Positions 43,765 to 50,284 of a DNA stretch of 50,284 bases are shown piece after piece. The position numbers and the translations under genes are program-made. The notes beneath the pieces were generated by a model. That model saw only the letters and a list, made by a program, of their open reading frames with translations. It searched no databases and had not been told where the DNA came from. Each line of letters opens with the position of its first letter. The stretch's first letter is position 1. The DNA comes from Pseudolabrys sp. (GTDB taxonomy: Bacteria; Pseudomonadota; Alphaproteobacteria; Rhizobiales; Xanthobacteraceae). Location: the NCBI GenBank assembly GCA_025451355.1, contig JANWKN010000024.1, positions 1 through 50,284 on the forward strand, written 5' to 3'.

Positions 43765-44303
43765 ACCACGATAACTATTCCGACAATTACATTCGCAGCA
43801 TCCTCAACACGGTGAAGACCATTGCCATGGTCGGCATCTCACCGAAGGAGAACAGGCCAAGCTATTTTGCCTTCAAATATTTGCTCGATCGCGGCTATCG
43901 CATGATCCCGGTTAATCCTGGCCAGACCGCAAAACCGATCCTCAAGCAAAAGGTCTACGCAACACTGTCCGACATTCCGGAACCGGTCGACATGGTCGAT
44001 ATTTTTCGTTCGTCTGAACATGTCTTGCCCATTGTCGAAGAATCCCTGAGGCTCACGCCGAGGCCACAGGTTATCTGGATGCAGCTCACGGTACGCGACG
44101 ACGAGGCAGCAAGCCTTGCCGAGAAGGTGGGTCTCAAAGTTGTCATGAACCGCTGTCCCAAGATCGAATACGGTCGTCTGTCCTCCGAGATTTCCTGGAT
44201 CGGCGTGAATTCACGGACGCTCTCTTCAAAACGCGCGCAGAACTTGGGCACAGGCCTCCAGCGTATGAGCCTTGGTAAATCGGACAAAAAGGATGCCCGC
44301 TGA
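43761..44303 (+). CDS. CoA-binding protein (YccU-like)
   Basis: IAMVG.S....RPS, PVNP, VDMVDIFR, WMQL, VVMNRCPKIE motifs. Confidence 0.92.
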   Translation: MNHDNYSDNYIRSILNTVKTIAMVGISPKENRPSYFAFKYLLDRGYRMIPVNPGQTAKPILKQKVYATLSDIPEPVDMVDIFRSSEHVLPIVEESLRLTPRPQVIWMQLTVRDDEAASLAEKVGLKVVMNRCPKIEYGRLSSEISWIGVNSRTLSSKRAQNLGTGLQRMSLGKSDKKDAR

Positions 44304-44424
44304 AAGGGGCGTTCGCCAAAGGCGACGTTTGGCCCTATGCCTTGACGCGGCCGCTATAGGCCCTCTCTAATCACCACAACTTCAACGCGGGCGTGAGTGC
44401 CCGTTTGCGACATTCGGGGGACTT

Positions 44425-45714
44425 ATGCCAGACGCCGAACGCACTCCGGGCTTTGCAACGCTGTCAATCCACGCGGGCGCCAAGCCAGATCCGACCACCG
44501 GCGCGCGCGTGACGCCGATCTACCAGACCACCTCGTTCGTGTTCGATGACGTCGATCACGCCGCCGCCCTGTTCGGCCTGCAAACCTTCGGCAACATCTA
44601 TACCCGCATCGGCAATCCGACCTGCGCGGTGCTGGAAGAACGGGTGGCCGCGCTTGAGGGCGGCACCGCGGGTCTAGCAGTTGCCTCCGGGCATGCCGCG
44701 CAAGTCATCGTGATGCACGCGCTCATGACGCCCGGCGACGAACTCGTTGCGTCAAAAAAGCTTTACGGCGGCTCGATCAACCAGATGAACCACTCTTACA
44801 AAAATTTTGGCTGGAACGTCGTCTGGGCCGACCCTGATGATCTCCCCTCATTCGAGAAAGCTATCACGCCCAAGACAAAATGCATTTTCATCGAGTCGAT
44901 TGCCAACCCCGGCGGCATCATTACGGACATCGAGGCTATCGCAAAAATGGCACGGAAGGCCGGTGTGCCGCTCATCGTCGATAACACTCTGGCGACGCCT
45001 TATTTGTGCAAGCCGTTCGACTACGGCGCCGACATCATCGTGCATTCACTCACAAAATTTCTCGGTGGTCACGGCAACTCGATCGGCGGGCTGATCGTCG
45101 ATGGCGGCACGTTCAACTGGTCGCGTGACAAAAAATATCCGATGCTTTCCGAGCCGCGGCCTGAATATCAGGGCATCATTCTGCACGAGACTTTCGGCAA
45201 TTTTGCCTTCGCGATCGCCTGCCGCGTGCTCGGGCTCCGCGACCTTGGTCCTGCTCTCTCGCCCTTCAACGCGTTTCTAGTGCTCACCGGAATCGAGACG
45301 CTGCCATTGCGCATGCAGCGCCATTGCGACAACACTCTGGCGGTTGCCGAATGGTTGTCGAAGCGGCCGGAGGTACTTTGGGTCAGCTACCCAGGGCTTG
45401 CCGGCGACAAATATCATAAGCTTGCAAAGAAATATTCGCCGAAAGGCGCGGGAGCGGTTTTCACCTTCGGCCTCAAGGGTGGCTACGACGCCGGTGTGAA
45501 ACTCGTTTCCAGCGTCAAACTTTTCTCGCATCTCGCAAACATCGGCGATACGCGCTCTCTCATTATTCACCCGGCTTCGACAACGCATCGTCAGTTATCC
45601 GACGCGCAGAAAGTTCAGGCCGGTGCCGGACCGGACGTTGTACGACTGTCGGTGGGCCTGGAAGACAAGGAAGACATCATTGCCGACCTCGAGCAGGGTC
45701 TGAGCACGAAGTGA
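44425..45714 (+). CDS. metY: O-acetylhomoserine/O-acetylserine sulfhydrylase (MetY family)
   Basis: PIYQTTSF, NIYTRI.NPT, VHSLTKF.GGHG PLP lysine, ANIGD.RSL.IHPASTTH. Confidence 0.88.
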   Translation: MPDAERTPGFATLSIHAGAKPDPTTGARVTPIYQTTSFVFDDVDHAAALFGLQTFGNIYTRIGNPTCAVLEERVAALEGGTAGLAVASGHAAQVIVMHALMTPGDELVASKKLYGGSINQMNHSYKNFGWNVVWADPDDLPSFEKAITPKTKCIFIESIANPGGIITDIEAIAKMARKAGVPLIVDNTLATPYLCKPFDYGADIIVHSLTKFLGGHGNSIGGLIVDGGTFNWSRDKKYPMLSEPRPEYQGIILHETFGNFAFAIACRVLGLRDLGPALSPFNAFLVLTGIETLPLRMQRHCDNTLAVAEWLSKRPEVLWVSYPGLAGDKYHKLAKKYSPKGAGAVFTFGLKGGYDAGVKLVSSVKLFSHLANIGDTRSLIIHPASTTHRQLSDAQKVQAGAGPDVVRLSVGLEDKEDIIADLEQGLSTK

Positions 45715-45718
45715 TCGG

Positions 45719-46474
45719 CTAGGATTTGCCGAGAGTGCGTGTCACATAGTCACGAATGTACGCAAGCGTTGCCGGCGCGGCCCAGATTTCGGTCACCGCT
45801 TCGTCGGTGACTTTACCGCTTTTTTGTACGCGTTCGACCACCGGCTGACGAATTTGCATTTTTGTCTGCGCAAAAGCCGCCGGCGAAAGCAACGCCAGTT
45901 CCTTCGCCACCGCCATTGCATCGTCCATAAGGTCTGACGGCTCCGCCAATTCGTCGACCCAGCCGCGTCGCAATGCTTCATCCGTCGCGTAAGTTGCCCC
46001 TGACAGCGTGAACTCCGGCAAATACCGGGGCGGAACGGCGAAGCGCACGATCTCGAAAGCGAGCGATGGAAACGGCACGCCGACAAGAATTTCCGTCACG
46101 CCGATACGCCCTGCTTCCCGAGCCATGATGCGCCGATCCGCACAGCATGCAAGCACACAGCCGCCCGCGATAGCGTGACCATTGATAGCCGCCACTACCG
46201 GCTTTGGATGGAAAAACACCGCCTCATAGAGGCGGTGGAGGGCCGGCAGGAATCGACGAATATAGTCGGCGTCCTCTGAGCTCAATCGTTTCAGGTCGAC
46301 GCCCGCACTGAAGATCTTGCCCTGACCGGTCAGAACGACGGCTTTGGCGTCCGACAGGCGCAGTTCTTGAAAACGAGCCGCGAGCCCGCCACAAAGCTCG
46401 ATGTCGAGCGCATTGGCTTTGCCGTGCGTAAGGGTCAGCACTGCAATTCCTTCGGCAGTTTCACTTTTGATCAT
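45719..46474 (-). CDS. Enoyl-CoA hydratase/isomerase family protein
   Basis: [23 protein letters not shown] motifs. Confidence 0.9.
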   Translation of the reverse strand: MIKSETAEGIAVLTLTHGKANALDIELCGGLAARFQELRLSDAKAVVLTGQGKIFSAGVDLKRLSSEDADYIRRFLPALHRLYEAVFFHPKPVVAAINGHAIAGGCVLACCADRRIMAREAGRIGVTEILVGVPFPSLAFEIVRFAVPPRYLPEFTLSGATYATDEALRRGWVDELAEPSDLMDDAMAVAKELALLSPAAFAQTKMQIRQPVVERVQKSGKVTDEAVTEIWAAPATLAYIRDYVTRTLGKS

Positions 46475-47547
46475 GCGCCCTGCTCCGCCATGCTTGACCG
46501 CTGCACCTCAATCATTTCCCGGTGCGACAGCCCTTCGGCCTGCACCACCGCGATGGTGAAAACGATGATGGCCAGCATCTGATGCGCTAGCGCCAGGGAG
46601 ATTGGCGCCTGATGGAGGAGCGTGACAATACCGAGACCAGCCTGCAACGTCACCGCGCCAGCAAGAACCGCCGCGCCGGCAAATGGGCGTCGCCGGCGCC
46701 ACGCATCGTATGCATGCCATATCGCCAGAAGCCAGATTGCATAAGCGACCATGCGGTGCTGGAACTGAACCGTGAGCGTGTTTTCAAAAAGATTGCGCCA
46801 GGCCGGCTCAAGAAACCATAACCGCTCCGGAGACGGCACAAAGGTGCCATCGATCGTTGGCCAGGTATTATAAACGAGACCGGCGTCCAGCCCTGCGACC
46901 AACGCGCCAAGGTATATCTGAAACAGCAATAAAACCGCGATCGCAACCGCACCGAGACGGACTCGCGATGGCACCTCGGCCGGCTTTCGAAGCGTGAGTT
47001 GCTGCGCTGTCCAGACAATCGCCCCATAGATCGCGGTGGCGAGCGTGAGATGGAAAGAGAGCCGATACTGCGAGACGCTCACGCCTTGCGTCAGGCCCGA
47101 CGACACCATCCACCACCCCACCGCACCGAGCGCTGCGCCGGCGGCAAAGATGCCCCAGAGCCGGGCGTGCAATTGCTTTGGAATTGTCCCCCGCAGCAAG
47201 AAAAAAAGAAACGGCAGAAGAAAAACGGCGCCTGTCAGTCTCGCCAACAATCGATGCGACCATTCCCACCAATAGATTGTCTTGAAAGCATCAAGGCTCA
47301 TGCCGCGATTGAGCTCGCGATATTGCGGAATGGTCTGGTATTTGGAGAATTCGGCGCGCCACTCATTCTCGGACAGTGGAGGCAGGACACCGGTGATCGG
47401 CTTCCACTCCACGATCGATAGACCAGATTCCGTCAGGCGCGTCGCGCCGCCGACAATCAGGGTGAGAAAGATCATCGCTGCCGCCGCCAACAGCCAGCGC
47501 CGCACGGCACGCAGTTGGATTTCAGATGCTTTCGCCGGCTCTGTCAT
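46471..47547 (-). CDS. ctaA: Heme A synthase (COX15/CtaA)
   Basis: [37 protein letters not shown] motifs. Confidence 0.94.
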   Translation of the reverse strand: MTEPAKASEIQLRAVRRWLLAAAAMIFLTLIVGGATRLTESGLSIVEWKPITGVLPPLSENEWRAEFSKYQTIPQYRELNRGMSLDAFKTIYWWEWSHRLLARLTGAVFLLPFLFFLLRGTIPKQLHARLWGIFAAGAALGAVGWWMVSSGLTQGVSVSQYRLSFHLTLATAIYGAIVWTAQQLTLRKPAEVPSRVRLGAVAIAVLLLFQIYLGALVAGLDAGLVYNTWPTIDGTFVPSPERLWFLEPAWRNLFENTLTVQFQHRMVAYAIWLLAIWHAYDAWRRRRPFAGAAVLAGAVTLQAGLGIVTLLHQAPISLALAHQMLAIIVFTIAVVQAEGLSHREMIEVQRSSMAEQGA

Positions 47548-47623
47548 AGTTGTTTGCTTGAGGGGTTGGCGCGGACCATATAGTCATGGGCTCGCCTTCG
47601 CAATTGAGGGACGAAGAGGCCCT

Positions 47624-47842
47624 ATGTCCATACGCGCACGCAAATTTGTCGGCACGATCGCCCTGATTGTTCTTGTGGCCGTGTGGGCCCTGCTGGCGAT
47701 GGCCCTTGCACAATCAGTTCTGACGGACATCAACGGCTTCGTCGCAGCACTTTATTACATCACAGCGGGGCTCGGCTGGGTCCTGCCTGCGATGCCGTTA
47801 ATCAGCTGGATGGCCCGTCCAGATAAAGCCGAAACCCCATAA
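47624..47842 (+). CDS. DUF2842 small membrane protein
   Basis: R.RKF.G, YY...GL.WVLPAMPLI.WM motif; divergent from ctaA. Confidence 0.82.
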   Translation: MSIRARKFVGTIALIVLVAVWALLAMALAQSVLTDINGFVAALYYITAGLGWVLPAMPLISWMARPDKAETP

Positions 47843-48895
47843 TCACGCCGCGTTCACACGTCGGAACCGGTTCATGAAGGCTGTCCCTGCGCCCGATATC
47901 AAGACCTTCAGGTACCGCTGCTGCTGCAATTCGCCGCTCACGGTGATCCTCGGCAACGCGGTCAGATGATCGAGATGCGCCTTAAAAAGAACGCCCGGCC
48001 GCGTAGTCACTGCCGTCTTGAACCCGAGTTCCGCCGCAATACGAAATTCGCGTGGGCCGGCTGAGACGGGATCGCCAACGGGGTAGGCCAGATGTTCCGG
48101 CCGCTTCCCCAGCGCGGCCTCGATCACCGCGCGGCTCATTTCCATTTCCGCGCGCACCGTTTGCTCGCTAGCCACTTTCCTAAGGATCATGTGATTGACC
48201 GTATGCGCACCAATCGTGCAAAGCGGATCGGCCGCAAGCTCGGCAATTTCCGACCAATCCATGCACAGGTCATGACACAACGCGGCAAGGTTAAGGCTGT
48301 AAGTGGCGCACAAATCGCGCATCGCACTGCGAATTTCTTCGTCCGTCTTCATGCTGCACAGATAGCGATAGACGGCCTCATGGAGCTCTTTCTTCTCCCT
48401 CACCGTAGCGCTTTCGAAGTACTGATCCTTCCCGTTCACGACCAAGCCAACGCGATTGTTCTGCGCTATGACCGTTTCAAGCGCGACCCACCACAATTCG
48501 CCGAGCCGATCCGGAAAACTTGTCGCGATATACATGGCGAACGGCAGTTTGTACTTCCGCAACAGCGGATAGGCCCAGCGCGAGAAATCCCTGTAACCGT
48601 CTTCAAAGGTCAGGCAGACGAAACGCCGTTTGAAATCATCTTCGATGAAACGTCGATGCATTTCATTAAGGGAAATGACATCGATACGGGCGCGCGCAAG
48701 ACGGCGTAAAAGCCGCTCCAGAAACTCGGGCGTGACCTCCAGGTGCCTGTTGGGCTGGAACGCATCGGGCCGCTGTGGGCGCACGTGGTGGAGCGTCAGA
48801 ATAGCGCCCACACCGCCGACCAGTGGGCGCATCCAATGATGCGTTCCGCTGAAATAGAGCGTCTCCAGCCCACTGCGGATTATTGTCTTCTTCAA
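47843..48895 (-). CDS. Polysaccharide deacetylase family protein
   Basis: IL.LHHV, LTFEDGY, IGAHTVNH, AYPVG, LPRI motifs; TTG start with GGAG SD. Confidence 0.88.
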   Translation of the reverse strand: MKKTIIRSGLETLYFSGTHHWMRPLVGGVGAILTLHHVRPQRPDAFQPNRHLEVTPEFLERLLRRLARARIDVISLNEMHRRFIEDDFKRRFVCLTFEDGYRDFSRWAYPLLRKYKLPFAMYIATSFPDRLGELWWVALETVIAQNNRVGLVVNGKDQYFESATVREKKELHEAVYRYLCSMKTDEEIRSAMRDLCATYSLNLAALCHDLCMDWSEIAELAADPLCTIGAHTVNHMILRKVASEQTVRAEMEMSRAVIEAALGKRPEHLAYPVGDPVSAGPREFRIAAELGFKTAVTTRPGVLFKAHLDHLTALPRITVSGELQQQRYLKVLISGAGTAFMNRFRRVNAA

Positions 48896-48998
48896 CTTCG
48901 CATAGCTCCCCCGAGGCGCGGGGCAATCAACCTACTACCCCAGGGCTATATTGAGAAATCTTTGCAAAGCTGTGGCAGCGCCCGTTCTGGATGAGGGC

Positions 48999-49370
48999 CT
49001 ACCTGGCGGCCAAACCTGGTGCGGGCTGATCAATATCCGGCCTTGGTGTCGGGACAGGAACGCTGACACGAACTCTTTGCCGACCGTCGTGGAGCATTCC
49101 GAGCGCTTTAGCGGCGCCGTACGACAAGTCGATGCGCCGCTCGATGTCCATCTTGGCCAAAAATGGCCCCCGATCTTTCACCACGACAGCGACACACTGA
49201 CGACGAAGGCAGACATTCAAGATGGTGCCGAAAGGCAAAGTTCGATGAGCCGCGACAAACTCTTTATTGTTGTACAATTGACCATTCGCCAGATATTTCC
49301 CGCCCTCCGTTGATCCGGAACCGCCGACCCAATAGGTCGCGATCATAAATACGAAAGTCGCTGTGCTCAT
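48999..49370 (-). CDS. RlpA-like double-psi beta-barrel (lytic transglycosylase-like) protein
   Basis: ANG, AAHRTLPFGT, V.DRGPF, IDLS..AA..LG motifs. Confidence 0.8.
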   Translation of the reverse strand: MSTATFVFMIATYWVGGSGSTEGGKYLANGQLYNNKEFVAAHRTLPFGTILNVCLRRQCVAVVVKDRGPFLAKMDIERRIDLSYGAAKALGMLHDGRQRVRVSVPVPTPRPDIDQPAPGLAAR

Positions 49371-49465
49371 GTTCCCTTGCGCGTAAAGGCATTTTCCCAC
49401 CAAAAGCTATAAATGAGTCGCGACGTTTCGCAGATAAATTCGAGGTGGAGCGGGCACTAATACCT

Positions 49466-49560
49466 AAAAAAAAGGGGTGGCACAGTTCCCCAACCGTGAC
49501 AGCTCCTTTTGCCAAGATGCTGCCAGTGGACGGGGACATGGGGGCCAAACTGGCAGCAAT
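49466..49560 (-). ncRNA. Candidate two-hairpin sRNA with a C-rich loop and terminator
   Basis: 10-bp stem TGCTGCCAGT/ACTGGCAGCA around minus-strand loop TTGGCCCCCATGTCCCCGTCC, then a second hairpin and U8. Confidence 0.5.
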
Positions 49561-49753
49561 GATACAGGTCCGAACACGGAAGTTCGTTCCATGCGTTGAA
49601 GTTGTAACCTAATGAAAAAATAAGTCGTCAAAATTTACCAAGCGACCACACTCGTGCCGCAGGGTGAACAAAGTCATCTCCAGTCCTAATGTAACAAGCG
49701 ACCACGCCAGGTAAGACCGGACCTACAACGAACACTAAAGCTGGTAAAAATAA

Positions 49754-50074
49754 TCATCCCGCCAAAGGCGGCGCAGTAGAAACGGCGTAAATATCCTCAG
49801 CCTTGCTCGCCTCGTTTTGGGACTTTTCCGGGAATCTGGCGCGAGAATATTGCCAAGGATCCCCATGCTTGCGGACTTGATCGAGTACAAACAACCGTAT
49901 TGCTGACGACAAGTTGCCTTGGCGCTCCTTGTCGATGCCCTCGATCACTTTCGATATCGTCGTGTGCTGCGTGTGCGCAATTTCTTTTAGGTCAGTCCAG
50001 AACGACTCTTCCAAGCTCACGCTCATCTTGTGCCCATCAATGACGACTGAACGTTTGATGATAAGAGATTTCAC
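49754..50074 (-). CDS. Ribbon-helix-helix domain protein (RHH_4 type)
   Basis: KRSVVI.GHK.SVSLE..FW..LKEIA...NLSSAIRLFVL; GGAGG SD before GTG. Confidence 0.87.
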   Translation of the reverse strand: MKSLIIKRSVVIDGHKMSVSLEESFWTDLKEIAHTQHTTISKVIEGIDKERQGNLSSAIRLFVLDQVRKHGDPWQYSRARFPEKSQNEASKAEDIYAVSTAPPLAG

Positions 50075-50244
50075 GACTACCTCCCGAAAAAGTTTGGCGT
50101 ACGCACCTTCTGGTGATTCGGTACGGCGAGGTCGGCAGATGACTACCTTCCGAAAAAATCATTTGTATCTTTACGACGGCAAAACCCACCACATTACCCG
50201 CGGACCACATCAAGTTACTGACCACGACTGAACCCAGCCGCGCG

Positions 50245-50279
50245 AAAAAATAGAGGCCGCGTCTGTCGACGCGGCCTCT
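50245..50279 (-). terminator. Terminator of a transcript entering from the right edge
   Basis: AGAGGCCGCGTC-tgtc-GACGCGGCCTCT with adjacent A6 (U6 on the minus strand). Confidence 0.75.
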
Positions 50280-50284
50280 TGCAA

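Noticed and set aside
44304-44424. SAM riboswitch ahead of the metY-like gene
   Set aside because: No recognisable SAM-II or SAM-SAH core, only a short hairpin
49639-49705. 11-bp direct repeat CAAGCGACCAC (49639 and 49695)
   Set aside because: Only two copies, with no array or flanking element; may be chance

Overview
GC-rich alphaproteobacterial chromosome segment (Hyphomicrobiales; gene content and order resemble Xanthobacteraceae/Nitrobacteraceae). Most of it is intact core genome: nuoA-N complex I operon followed by birA, rnj, mce and DUF1467; tRNA-Leu, tig, clpP, clpX, lon, tRNA-Val; tRNA-Asp; nnr; glnB-glnA; rplM-rpsI; a metY-like gene; ctaA. Less ordinary signals: (1) at the left edge, the tail of an ORF ending in the ribosome-arrest-type motif RGPP sits in a long hairpin that pairs with the Shine-Dalgarno of an exported-protein/copC/copD operon, suggesting a copper-responsive translational switch; (2) two extra genes (FlK-type thioesterase, DUF3291) are translationally coupled inside the nuo operon; (3) two tiny integrase-less islands are bounded by duplicated 3' ends of tRNA-Asp and tRNA-Val, one with an excisionase-like remnant and one with REP-like palindromes around an ABC-binding-protein remnant; (4) two sRNA candidates; (5) several accessory genes are broken by short deletions while core genes are intact. 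All family calls come from motif recognition by eye; no database search was run.
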